Source: Yuukianura sp. NJ FZ-2021
Lineage: Eukaryota
Direction: 5' to 3'
NCBI GenBank assembly: GCA_046563655.1
Contig: CM102290.1
Coordinates: forward strand, 5,394,001 to 5,458,000
DNA length: 64,000 nucleotides
Under the pieces are notes generated by a model. That model ran no database searches, was not told the origin of the DNA, and worked only from the letters and a program-made list of their open reading frames with translations. This document shows, in pieces, positions 11,701 to 24,100 of the stretch. Within the stretch, counting starts at the first letter, position 1; the number at the start of each line of letters is the position of its first letter. Position numbers and translations under genes: made by a program.

Positions 11701-14277
11701 ACCCAAGGTAAAAGCTTCAATCTTTCGTATCAGTTTACCCCATTCGAAAACAAACAAATGAATAAAAGCTTTTGGGAATTAAATGGGGCCGAATTCGGTA
11801 AACGGGTTTAGCAAAGGGGGTTTACCCTAATCTTGATTAGGAAGAGAGTAAATTAGAATTAGAGTTAAAAAAAGGCAAGGTTAGATTTAAAAAAAAACTA
11901 AATGCGATATCTACAAACAAAATCGTGAAAAAAGTAAGGTTAGATTTTTAAAAAAAGAGTAATATTAGGCGTTAGATTTTGAAAAAAAAGGGTGTTGGAT
12001 TTAAAAAAAAAGGCTATTTTGAAGAATGAAGATAGATTTTGAAAAAAAAAGTTAGGCTAACAAAGTTTAAAATTACACGAAACAGCTTCCTGACATCAAT
12101 TTTGGATTTTAGAACGTGTCCGCCAGTGATTCCAAGCGTTTCTTGAGATCGATTGACCGGTTTAGTGCCTTGTTTTGTGCTGTTATGACCTTGGCTGTGA
12201 CTTTTGTGACCTTTGTTAGTAGAGTCACAGCAGCAGTAGCAACAGCAAGTGGATGAAAAATGGGTCAATGTGAAGCTTTCCGGATGTCTCGGCATTTGGC
12301 AGTTGCACACACCAGAAGTCAGCCGTGTTGCTGGGGTCGCTACTTTCCGGGTATTAGGGTTTCTGCTAAACTGGACACTCATAGGTCGGTTTGGGGGAAG
12401 TGGGGGCCTCCACCCACCCCGGTGACCTTGTCCTTGGTACCTCGCAGGGGGTACCACTCTCTGGGTACCCAAAAAAGCTGGGTAAGCCAGGGGTACCAGT
12501 TGAACCCCACTGGGCAACAGGGTTTTAGTGCCCAGGTCAGTCATGGGTCTGACGTTAGCCCAAACTATAGGTGGACCACTGGATGGTGCGATACTTTGCC
12601 TCCGGCCACTTCCCAAGTTACTTGACCTCGTCATCATGTCAAAACACTCATATTTCAAGGATCTGCCAATTCTCACTTTTAGTCACAATCTTAAGTCACA
12701 GAAACACTACATCGCTTACTACCCAACCCCCAAAAATGTGCTAACTGGTTAAATCTACATATGGAAAATGGCGACTAATAATCAGACTTAACTGAAGTTA
12801 CACTTAAGTATGGCCTCACTAAAATGAGGAATGTGCTGCTGAGGATTGAGCTTCCTACTGTCCCAAAGTGTGTCAACTCTAAATACTTTTACAATTGTAA
12901 AAATGGGAACATACCAAAACTTAACCGGGGATTCACTCAACTCAGACGCAAAGATGCGACTGAAACCAAAATGACAAAAGTGACGTTCAAAATGAGAACA
13001 AAAGCATCATCACCAGGCACAAAAGCGGAACAATCACAACAAAGATGAGAAATTTTAGAAAATTGAGCAAAAAAAGCATCATCATCATCATCACGACAGG
13101 AACCTCCTAGAATGGAAAGTCCACTTAACACTTTTAAGTAAAAGTGACGCATTAAGTTTATCTCTGCACAGTCTCAGTTTAACTCCAGTTCTGATCATTG
13201 GTCATCCCCTGTTTGCTAATCAAATAAACCTGAACTGTAATTACTTTCTCAGGTAATTTAACATCAACCTACACAATCATCATCTTCAACTCTTATTTTT
13301 AAACGGTGATTACTGCCTAACCTTAGTCACTTAATAGCCTATAGGCATAGACTATGCAACATAACATAATGTAAGACGTAGGCGGACAACTTTATGCCAA
13401 AGTCAAGTCCAAAACACCTCAATTAATTTACCCACCTAAAAAAGTTTCCTCAAACTAAAAAAAGTTAAAAAAAAGTGCAAGTCATAAGTTAGGATCAAAA
13501 TTTTGATTTACACTTTTTTTCTTAATTTAGTACCAAGATTGAGTTGAATGCGGCCCCACCTAAACCATTTCCAACAACACCCACGCTCATTGTCACTCTT
13601 TTTTGCTCCTCCAGAAGTTTATGCGTCTCACTTTCTGGATGAGACTGAGTCAGTAGGAACGGAAATGAGTTATGGGCCAAGGTCAAAGTTAGGTTAGGCT
13701 AAAATAGGCTAAAGTTAGGCTAAAATTAGGTTGTTAGGTTAAAGTTGCTTACCTCTTCCTCCATGATGACTGTTTCTCTGTTGGTGGAGTTCCAGTTGCG
13801 TTGATTACCCACTGGTTCGTTGAGGTCAATTGAATCCTGAGAGAACTTGCGCAGTTCCTTCTTGGGGAAGAGGAGAATGTCGCCTGGAGTGGAGCCACGA
13901 CGAGTCATGTCAGGACCCACAGAAGCCATAGAGTGATGATGATGATGACCCGGGGGAGAGTGACCATAAGATGAAGAGGGAGAGGGGGAAAGTGCCTTCT
14001 TCCACAGGATATTTCCTGTTGATCCTCTCCGTTCTGTTGAGATTCCTGTTGGGAGATGGACTTGACACGACGACCGAGGACCAGGGGAGCCCTCACGATA
14101 TGGAACAGCAAGGGAGCTCGTCATTCCGCCCATGCCAGTGTGTGGTTGAGGGTAGATGACATTGGGGGTCAAGTGAAACGTTTTCGGAGCAGAGGATTCA
14201 CTGGTGCGACGTTGTCGCTGAGACGTCAAATCCACGTTTCGAAAAAGGCGGGAGATTCGATCCACGTCGGCAGACAT
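8756..14277 (-). CDS. WDR47: WD repeat-containing protein 47 (C-terminal WD40 propeller with a low-complexity N-terminus)
   Basis: Exons 14277-13753, 10875-10645, 10559-10386, 10264-10153, 9334-9007 and 8942-8756 join in frame. They encode LEDVQAIRCAEFHP..YAVGSNSKTLRVCAYP, GSIYCLGW..LATGSNDK, MHDGTVRDLCF and ASGSQDKTIRMWDLR. Confidence 0.88.
9372..9558. mobile_element. hAT-type MITE in a WDR47 intron
   Basis: TIRs CAGACCTGCCAAAAATATTTA / TAAATATTTTTGGCAGATCTG with a perfect 8-bp TSD ATAATTAG (9364-9371 and 9559-9566). Confidence 0.85.
9729..9737 (-). other. Putative 9-nt microexon of WDR47
   Basis: cttgtag|GTGAACGAG|gtaatt on the minus strand, inside an 818-nt phase-1 intron; preserves the frame. 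Confidence 0.55.
12077..12637 (-). CDS. Putative alternative first coding exon of WDR47
   Basis: 187-codon open exon from ATG 12637 ending CGT|gtaatt. Phase 0, compatible with the acceptor at 10875. Confidence 0.5.
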
Positions 14278-14671
14278 TTTAAGTGGACTTGAAGTATGTT
14301 TGTGGTGCCTTGGAGTGGCTGTAGAATTTGAATGTTTGGAGTGGAGATGTGTAATTAGAGAGTGCGAAGTTGTAACTGAGGTGGTGGTGATCTGTGGTGG
14401 TTTGATTTTGTGTTAAGGTGGAGGTGTCGGTGGTGATTTCCTTATAAGTCCATATCAATTCTTGATGAAGATGATGCCATTCTTCCCTCGTACAAAGTCC
14501 AACAACATGGAAATTCTGACAATCATTGTCAAAATTATGATTCTCTCACAACCACCTCAAAAACACAGCACAACAACCACAAATCGCTTTAGAAGTAGAA
14601 AAATGCGATGGAAATGATTTTGGGATGTTTACTGAACAACACTGTAGATTGTAGAATTTGTAGTTCCGATT

Positions 14672-15621
14672 CTAGTTCTTGTCGCGTATGCGTCGACAGT
14701 CCTTAAAAAAGACTTCTTTCGATGCAAAACTTTGAACACAGACGTCCCTGTCTAACTGTTGGACAAAGGCCGTGATGAAGTTGGCGGACATCTCGTCACT
14801 AACCAAAAATGAGTGCTGTCGCTAACGTGAAAAGACAAATCAAATTGTACGTCAACTAAAAACCAAGAAATGACTAGCATAAGTAGAAATTGTGAATACG
14901 AATGTCTTACATTGTGCCTGTAGACTATAAAATTTGACTTCTCCGTATAACTGTCCATGTTGAGTATAGTCACTCTCGTGTCTGCACATCTACCTCCATC
15001 GCCACTTTCCCAAAAGGCAAAGTAGTCTCCAGTTTTAATCAGTTGATGAAGGAGTTGTCCCAAATCGGAAAAAGCGACAAATTCCCTTAGTCGTTTCCCT
15101 TGTTCCTTGGCAGTTTCGGCCACACGTACTTCTTGAGTATATATAATCGCGTTATTATCACTACCCCTTTGACATCCAAGGACTTTCATCACACGGACCT
15201 GAATAAGAACATCATTTTACTTTTCATAATGTAATTGTGAATGACAGTTGTCGATTTACAGTACTACCTTAATGAAATTTTCGGCTGTTGGATTGCGAAA
15301 TCTGATATCTTTGTCCCAGAGTCCCAGTTGATTCAAGAATAATTTTGAAAGACTGAGGTATGATTGTTGCTGGTGGTGTGACTCAATATGCTCCTCCAAT
15401 GATCGACACAAGGAGCGCGAGAAGACTCTTGACACCGTCCATCGTCTGCTGTCCACGGTGCGTCGTAGATGTCGAGTGGGAGGACTCGACTCAAAACGAA
15501 CTTGCTTTGACTTGGGTCGTGCAACTCTTTCCCCTCTATTAAGGACGATGATTGGACGGACAGGTCGTGGTGAATTATTTGACCTCGATGACCCCGCCAT
15601 TCCTGATCCTGACCCAACCAT
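14672..15621 (-). CDS. Uncharacterised ~263-aa protein, 3 exons
   Basis: Exons 15621-15268, 15198-14911 and 14821-14672 are joined by phase-0 GT-AG introns into one ORF ending DKN-TAG. No family recognised. Confidence 0.7.
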
Positions 15622-15971
15622 TTTTAACAGAGTTAACAAAAACCGACAAACTTCCACTCAACGGCCCGAGTAAATCCTAGTTTCTTGAAAGGTTGATGAG
15701 AGAGAGGAGGCACAAAACAAAACAAAAAAAGACACGACTAGTTCCCGCGCTTTTTCAAGAGGGAAACCTCTCCTCCGCAGACATTTGTCGCACCTTACAT
15801 TCTGCCTTTCAATTTTAGGTTAATTTAAAACAATAGGCTGCTTGTTGGGTTTTAATTATTATTAATGTCTCTCTAAAAACTCAAGACCCTTTGTTTAGGT
15901 AGTACGCAAGGTAGAATAGTACTAGGTAGTGCGAATGGAAAATTTGTTTGGTTGCCATGTGGAAAAAAAAA

Positions 15972-16110
15972 TGACGTCACCCGCTGAAAATACCGGAATT
16001 CTGCCAATTATTGGTGGTGTCCTATAGAAACCCGTAAGACACATCTTGTTTACATAAATGCCAGCGGGTTCCAATTTCACGATTACGGTATTTTTCAGCT
16101 GGTGACGTCA
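15972..16110. repeat. Inverted repeat (MITE-like), each arm carrying a TGACGTCA palindrome
   Basis: TGACGTCACCCGCTGAAAATACCG ... CGGTATTTTTCAGCTGGTGACGTCA. Confidence 0.6.
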
Positions 16111-16337
16111 CAAACAAAAAATTGCGTTGGTTGCTATGGGCGCCATTTGCAGGGGGCTGGGTAGTACGTAAATTTCTCTGATTTTTTAGGTGTTTTGCCA
16201 TACGTTACTGAATTATTTTGCAAGGTTGAATACAATCTGCGCTACACCATTTGTAACCACTAATCATCCGAATTTAAATCATGATTGAATTGATAAAAAC
16301 TCAGCGCTACTCTAACTTTTAGACGTTGTATAGGTAT

Positions 16338-16760
16338 TTCTGCAGAATTCCAAAAATTCCAAATTATTGTTTTTTTTTTCAAACACCATCACATCTTCTA
16401 ACACTCTAGCTATTAACTTTTTGGAAAACAGTGCATTTTCAAAACTTATGCAGAATTTAAAAAATTCCAAAATATTGTTTTTTTCAAACGCCATCACACC
16501 TTCTAACTTTCTAGCTTTTTACTTTTTGGAAAACAGTGCATTTTCAAAACTTATGCAGAATTTAAAAAATTCCAAAATATTGTTTTTTTTTCAAAGGTCA
16601 TCACACCTTCTAACTGTCTAGCTTTTTACTTTTTGGAAAACAGTGCATTTTCAAAACTTATGCAGAATTTAAAAAATTCCAAAATATTGTTTTTTTCAAA
16701 CACCATCACACCTTCTAACTGTCTAGCTTTTTACTTTTTTGAGAAAAGCGTATTTTCATA
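16338..16760. repeat. Tandem repeat, ~106-bp unit x ~4
   Basis: Recurring TTTTGGAAAACAGTGCATTTTCAAAACTTATGCAGAATTTAAAAAATTCCAAAATATTG. Confidence 0.9.
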
Positions 16761-16877
16761 ATTTAATGGTTAATTGATTAAAAGTATGGAAAATAAGGTC
16801 AAAGGTCAACAAGTATACTCCTGTGATTACAAAGAGTGTGGACTAATGAAACATGGACACTGGAATGGAGCACCAAC

Positions 16878-19410
16878 TTAGTCGAACATGGACATCGGGA
16901 GTCCCGTTTGTGTAAGTCGGTACTCGATTGGCGGAATGAAGGCGCACTTCTGCTTGGACCAAATGCTCGAATCCGGATGCACTTCGGCGAAAATGACCCG
17001 TTGAAAGGGATGTTCCCAGCGATGATGTTCCATGGCCAGTCGCTTCTTCTCCGCCCGACCACAAAGTGTGCACTTGTAAGTCATGTCGGTCGGCACGAAC
17101 TTCCGAAGTTCCGGTGCTTTGTGTGCCGGGTCCGGACCGGTCCAAATCCCAATCACTTCGCCGTCGTCTTGCCGTTGTTGTGCTGGTGTCGACTGGACTT
17201 CGGGAAGAGTCAAGTCCACGTCCCAAAATCGCACCACTCCGCGCATGACCAGGGCCGTTGACGTCCCTGGCCGGGTTAAGTCAACTCCTTTGATCTTAGC
17301 AGCGTCAGTCCCAACTTCAGTTTCTATGAAAAATCAAAAAAAAAAAACTGTAAAAGCTATGAAAGTATGAAAATGGAGTTTGATTTTTGAAATTTTGACT
17401 TTTGAAGTTCGTGGTGCGGTTTGATCCATTGGAATCCCGATTGACAGAAGCAAATGCCGTTTCGTAGTCGAAATTCAAGTAGTCATTGGACAGTTCCTCT
17501 GCATTCTCCTCTGTGTCAAAAGTTGACATCAATTTTTTTTTTTTAAATTCAAAATTTTAAATTTTTTTTTCAAAATTTTCAAATTGACTTTGGATTGTTT
17601 TCTGGTAGACTAACCTTGTTGAACTTGCGCAGCGGCTGCTTGATTTGGTGACTGCGCAGTCGCCACTTCCTGCTTCAGAGGAACATCAGCCTGGACACTG
17701 GCGAATTGTTGAATAGCACGCGTTGCCATCGGGTAGCTCAAGTTGTCCCAGATTCCTTTTCAGAAAAAAATAACGTTTTTTGAAACATTTTTTTTTGAAA
17801 TTTTTAATTTTTGAATGGACTAATACCTCCGTTTGTGGAGTGCTTGATGACTGGCGTGGGAATGGAGCGAGGGCGACATTTGGAGCAAGAATGTCGCCCT
17901 TGAACTTGGACTTCCGGCCCAACTCCAACCTGTGGCAACATTTGCCCAGTTTCAAAAGCATGTTGTTGCCTGAAACGTCGCTCAAATTCCAAAACGGCGT
18001 AGAGACTGTTGGAATTGAACGGTGAAAAGCGTCCAGTGTTTCCCTCCCGGGCACAGATCTCTCGCACCTCACGTTCATATGCGGCTGCAATAGCTAGTGG
18101 ACACGGCGGTATGTACGGCAGCGTTCCATTTTTCATTCCATTCTGCATTCCATTTTGCATTCCACTTTGGATTGCATTTTGGGTTCCATTTGCAATTCCG
18201 TTTTGCATTCCACTTTGGCTTCCATTTGCAATTCCGTTTTGACGTCCATTTTGAATTCCATTGGCAAATTCCTTTTGGCTTCCATTTTTCATTCCATTCT
18301 GCATTCCATTCACAATTCCATTTTGCATTCCACTTTGGCTGCCATTTGCAATTCCGCTTTGCATTCCATTTGCAATTCTGTTTGTACTTCCATTTTGCAA
18401 TCCATTTGCACTTCCGTTTTGGCTTCTACTTGGCATTCCATTTGCATTTCCGTTTTGTCTTCCATTTACAATTCCGTTTTGGCTTCCATTTTGCATTCCA
18501 TTTGCAATTCCGTTTTGGCTTCCATTTTGCATTCCATTTGCAATTCCGTTTTGGCTTCCATTTTGCATTCCATTTGCAATTCCTGCTATTCCGTTCTGGC
18601 TTCCATTTCGCAATCCATTTTGGCTTCCAAAATTTTTAGCTCCGCCCAGTAGATAGCCGCAGGGCATCGCCAACGGAGTCAAAGGTCTCGAAATCTGCTG
18701 TACCAAAAGTGGATTTTGAGCGAGAATGGATGGATTGGATCCATTTGGAAAAGTGGATCGAATGGAACTGGAGCTGCATCCACCTCCGCTGCTTCTGCCA
18801 ACCACGCCCTTCTGCTCCGGAATGCGGCAGTATGTAGCCAATCCCTTTGCTGTAGGCAAAGGATGCCTCGGCTGTGCTGCAAAACGGCAAAAAAGGCATC
18901 AAAAGTATTTTTTTTAAATGACCCCGCTGACATTTAAGTTAACATCAAACGAAATTTGGACTTTGATGAATATAAATTTTCAGTAATTGCAAGGTACATT
19001 TTGACTGTTTAAATTTTAGAGCCACTTTAAATTTTGTAAATGTGTAAACATTTTGTGTAAAGTGGAATTGTTTACCTGCTTTCCTCGTGTTCCCTCTTCG
19101 AATCATACTTAATTGTTTACGTTTAGACTTTTTAGAAGGTTCTGGTCCGTTCAAGTGCTATTGTTGAAGTGGAATTGAATTTTAGCAAAACTGCTAGTTA
19201 AGTTTATACTGAAATTTAATTTGTTGGACAGGAGCCAACTTCCAGCCTCCAACAATTGAAAGAGGGAAGGGGACGCTTTGAAAGTGTCAATCGGAACATG
19301 GTTTCTCCTATTTCAGCCTCATAAACTGAAATTCCATTATGGCAATTTGATGGGAGTGACAATCGAACCCTGTCTGGAACGACCAATTGGTCATTCTTGG
19401 TCATCAACAT
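16878..19410 (-). CDS. Uncharacterised protein with an N-G-x-Q/A repeat tract and one C-terminal C2H2-like finger; 5' exons uncertain
   Basis: Phase-compatible exons ~19157-19076, 18877-17827, 17755-17614, ~17510-17399 and 17323-16878. The last encodes YKCTLCGRAEKKRLAMEHHRWEH. The start at 19410 depends on a weak donor. Confidence 0.6.
18125..18630 (-). repeat. 12-bp-period coding minisatellite (NG[MSIR][QA])n
   Basis: About 40 degenerate units of the TTCCATTTTGCA type. Confidence 0.9.
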
Positions 19411-19639
19411 GTTCCATTGTGGTCAAATGACCTGACATGACCTGCTAAAACTGACAACAGATCATGACCAAAAGTGTTTTGACATCAAGACTTCATGTTT
19501 TGTTTGGATTTTATTGAGTAAATGTGTTAGGACCTGCCAGAGTAAAAGTCAATTTCTGCACTTCTGATATTCCGGGAGTCAAATTACAAAGAGGAATCCA
19601 ATTCAGTCGAAATACTCCACTTGACACTTCCATTGTGTT

Positions 19640-20227
19640 TTAGTAGCCGCCGTCTGACCAAGTGATTTCATAGGCTGGGTATGATTTTTGTAGTAATGAC
19701 TTGGTCAACGAGTGATCCGCTTTCCCATACCCCTGAGATTGGAATCAATTAAAAAGAGCAATTAAAAAGTTCAATAAAACTGTGAATCATTGAACTTTGT
19801 TGCTAAAAGAAAATGAGTAATTTTACCTGCGAATAACCGTAAATGTGTAACTTATTCTTTTCGTGTCGAATCCGTCCGCCACCGATACATTCCAAAACGA
19901 ATCCCTTGATATGCAGCATCTCCTTCTTTTCTACTTCTTCGAAAATGTCGGCTTAAAATTGAACCACATTGTTAGTTAAAAGCTTAGTTAGTGTTTTAGT
20001 ACACTTTTAGTGAAGATTTTTCTAATGTTTGGTAACTTACCGTGGTATTCACATCGGGCGTAACCGCGTACCAGCGTTTTTGTGGCGTAGTTTGGAGCCG
20101 ATTGGTCCCCATTCTTGGGTTCTACTTTGATGAGGATGTACTTGAATGTTTTACCTTCGCCGTCAATGTCACATAGTTTGACATTGGTCAAGAGAGCTCC
20201 GTAGTCCTTTTCTGTGTTGGCAGCCAT
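19640..20227 (-). CDS. PHPT1: 14-kDa phosphohistidine phosphatase / janus-A family (3 exons)
   Basis: DID.EG.TFKYILI, LVRGYARCEYH|ADIF, ECIGGGRI, IYGYSQ|GYGKADH, ITWSDGGY-stop. Confidence 0.93.
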
Positions 20228-20650
20228 CGTACGTAACCGTGGTCCAAGGTCAACCTACAAATTTAAATTTTGTTCATGAATTAAAAAATTACGGTAACTA
20301 AAAATCTTTCGGTGGGACATGACCATCCACCTTTATTTTTTTCTTACCCAAACAGACCGAATGATGTTAAAAATTCGGAAAAATTGAGCAATGATTCAGC
20401 AACTGCAATTAAAATGAAATTACAATAAATGCTTACCGTAAAAAATGTTCATGGTAGATTTTAGTTTTTTGAGAAAAAAAAACGAAATTATGACGAAAAT
20501 TACCCCGACGTGACGGTGTTCCAAAGATCTCAAACAAACTCAAGTGTAATAGTAAATTAACAATAACAACCTAATTAGCAATTACGATTAGTAATTCCTA
20601 ATTGCAATTTTAGGAACAAAAAGTTGTTATCCGCTCCGCCGGTGATTTTC

Positions 20651-20800
20651 TTCAAAAATTTTATGAAATGCGAAATTTCGCACCCATAATTTTGAATTTG
20701 ACTCAAAAAGGATTTGAGACTTTTTTGAAACAAAAACTGCGCCAAAACATGCTCCAGGTTTACATCAACTGTCAATGTCACCCGAAAAAGCACATGTTTT
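20651..20800. repeat. Direct repeat copy 1 (upstream of the MAD1-like gene)
   Basis: About 100 bp similar to 24326-24428, plus CCGAAAAAGCACATGTTT shared with ~24677-24694. Confidence 0.8.
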
Positions 20801-21138
20801 CACCTTTGCTACTGCTGCAAAAATAAACTAATTGAATGTTGATCGTCGAATTAAACCAATACCAAGTTGCTCGATTAATCTAAGTACTAAGTGTGTTCTG
20901 TTTGCTGTTTCAGTTATAATAAAGCGATCTGGTCTGTGTTTAGTCATGTTTTGTGTTGTGAATGTCATCAGTCATGCCACTTGGAAAAAGAATTCTAAGT
21001 AAAACAGACTAGATCGCTTTTACTATAACCCAAGTTTGCTAAGTTACATAATCATACCTTCTTTGAATTTGTTTTGATTTATACCATACGTAATTCACCT
21101 TGCCTATTTTTACGTTTGAAGGTCGTTAATCCAGAGTT

Positions 21139-24100
21139 ATGGACTGTAATTCTAAGGAAGCAACAATAATTGGAACCGCCCTGTGTCCAACGTCCACTCC
21201 AGGAGGAATTCCTTTCATTTCAGCAACTGGTCAAGATACAACTGCTCAACCACAAACGAACGTTCGCTTTTATGAAACACTGTACCTTATTCCCGCTGAA
21301 GACGAATTCATTCTGCGCATGTCATCACCCTCAACCAGTGCTTTCGTTGGAAAGAAACGACGTCCGACGGTAGGAACTGTAGGAACTTAATTGATAAATC
21401 GTGTTCAGAATATTTGTCAAAAAAGTTATCATTCTTTTCAGGCCGACAGCATGGAAAAGCAACGTTCGAAATTTCAACGTAAAGATGATGATGGTACACT
21501 ACGTTTTCAGACTCAACTTACGTACCAAAATACCAATCTGGAACTAACAATTTCCGAACTTCAAAAGGAAAATCAATCGCTCCAAATGAAGTTGACGGAA
21601 CAATCTAAAACCGAGGAGAAATCGGTTCAACAATTTCAGCAAAGAGCAGAACAGGCAGAAAAACGTGTTGCCAAAGCTAAGAAAAAAGCGGCAAAACGTC
21701 GACATCAATTAAAAACTAAGACTGGGATGGTCGACTCACTCTTCTGCAAAGTTTCCAAACTGGACGCAACAATTTTGGAGCTAGAAAAGAAAAATGATGT
21801 GCTTCAGCTCAAATTGACGGAACAATCCCAAACCGAGGAGAAATCGGTTAAACAATTTCAGCTAAGAGCAGAAGAGGCAGAAGAAGGAGCTGCCAAAGCG
21901 AAGGAAGAAGCGACAAATCTACAAAATCAATTGACAAATACTGAGAATCGGCTGGCCAAGTCAGAAGCTGAATTGGCAACTGCAAAGAATGAAGCAGTTC
22001 AGAAGAATGAAACTTACAAAAGAGATTTGGAAGCTGCAAGACAAGCCCAAGAGAATTCTAGTAACGAATTAATCACACTTCAGAAAAATCTTAGCAAGGA
22101 GCAAACCAAGTGCCAGAATTTGACCAAAGAGTGCGGAAAGCTCAAAGCCACCCTCAAGTAAGATTTTTTTTTGCAATTAATTTCTTTTTTAAAAAAAAAG
22201 TTTCGGTTGAAGTAAATTTAGAGAAAACGTAAATTTGTTGTTTGACCTCAGGTCAACTGAACAGCGAGAGCGTCTTTTGAAGAAGCAGTTGCAATCATTG
22301 GAGATACAAATTTCAGAATTGAAAGATCAACTTCGAGAAAAACTAGACGTCGAAAGGGAACTGGTGCAACTAAAACGTGACAACTCCAATTTGAAACACA
22401 CGTAAGCTAAACTTAATTCTTTGAAGCAATTCAATTTTTCGAAACCAATATTTCAATATTTGTATTATTTTTTTAGAACTGAAATTAATGAGAAGAAGAT
22501 CAAAATTTTGGAAGTGGATGTGAACAAAGCTAAGGGATGTGTTCAAACCTTGACCTCTGACGAAGTAAAAGTAGAAGCAGAACTAATGAAACTGAAACGT
22601 GACAACTCCAATTTGAGACACATGTAAGTTAAACTTAATTCTTTGAAGCAATTCAATTTTTCGAAACCAATGTTTCAATATTTGTATTGTTTTTTTAGAA
22701 TTGAAAACAATGATCAGAAGTTAAAAAATTTGGAGCTTGAAGTATTCAAGAGTAAGGACTGTGCTGAAGCATTGGTTTCTGAAAATGAGAAAATGAACTT
22801 GGAGCTGAAACAAGTCACGTGGCGATTGCGTCGGGCAATTTTTCAGGTAACTTAACAGGTTTCGGTAACTAAGTTGGTTAATTAACTTAATTAATTGTCA
22901 TTTGTCCAGGATCATGATTTGTTGCGACGATTTGTGGAATCGTATGAGAGTGACATGAGAGAGACTTTTCCATTGGAGACTAATTTACTGAAACGGAGTA
23001 TTTCCGAATTGGAGGAGCTTGTTTCACACTACGAGGGATGTGTGGCGGCGGAACCTGAATTGCGAAACTCTTGTGAAAACTGTGAACGATATTGTGCAAC
23101 TATCCACACGCTCCAGACAGAGTAAGTTTTTCAGAAAAATCAAAATTTGAAGTTTACTTCAAAAGTGCACACAACTTGTTTCAATACTTGTTTTTTTTTG
23201 TGAAACGCAGATTGGAGAGTTTAGGAAAAGAATCAACAATGTTACGAATCCTGGCCGAACACGCTGATCCAAACGCTTACTTTTCAACTTCCAGAAAAAA
23301 TTTGAGACTGCTCAAGTCTAAGTTGAAGGACTTCATAGTTCATGTCTGCTCAATGGTAGAAATAGTAGCTCCTCGCCTAGACGTCCACAGTAGTTCCACT
23401 CTCTCAGTGATGGCACGGGATTACGATCGCTGCCCATCGGCCAGTACTCTAATTCGACATATAAGTAGTAAGTTTCAAAGTTTCTTCTCAGAAAAAAACG
23501 TTTTTGTTTTCTTGAAATTTCATTTTTTGAACTTTTGCAATTTTTAGAACTCGAAGATGAGCAGTTAGAACTGCGACGTCGTTACAGTTCTCAGCCGTAC
23601 CTCCAGTGTAAAGTAACTAAGGATAAGGAATTCCAAAAGATTTGTACAGAATTGCTCGGTTACTACATTAAGTTCAGCAAAAGCTGGAAATTTGATCAAC
23701 ATCGTCGTCTACTCACTCACGGTTCAGTCTTCACTGTACATCACATCAACTCTAACGGACCAGACGAAACTTTTACCTTTGAGGTTAGTTTTTCAATTTT
23801 TCCAAACCACTTATGAAAAGTTTTAATTTTTGACAATCGTGTCTCTCGTGTACACAGGACAAATATGATAATGAGATATGGGTGGACACTCCATTCGTAG
23901 AACAGTTTCAAAAAGACATTGACGAGTTTCTGCGACGAGAGCCTCTCTCCGCCCAAGCTCTCGCTGCAAAGGTGTTTGTGGACAAAGCGTACGACACAGA
24001 CGAAAGTGATGACGAGACAGACATATTGATACCGGAAATCTTGGCGGAAGATACTGTTTCTGCAAAGGTGTTTGTGGACAAAGCGTACGACACAGACGAA

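Noticed and set aside
13688..13740. TTAGG-like repeats resembling the arthropod telomere motif
   Set aside because: Short, degenerate and intronic.
16338..16760. Regular repeats resembling a CRISPR array (also 36551-36655 and 62860-63115)
   Set aside because: Head-to-tail repeats without unique spacers, in a eukaryotic context with no cas genes.
18009..18656. Plus-strand ORFs rich in FHFAFH, SICNS or PFCIPF
   Set aside because: Shadow frames of the 12-bp repeat. Only the minus-strand NGxQ frame links to flanking exons.
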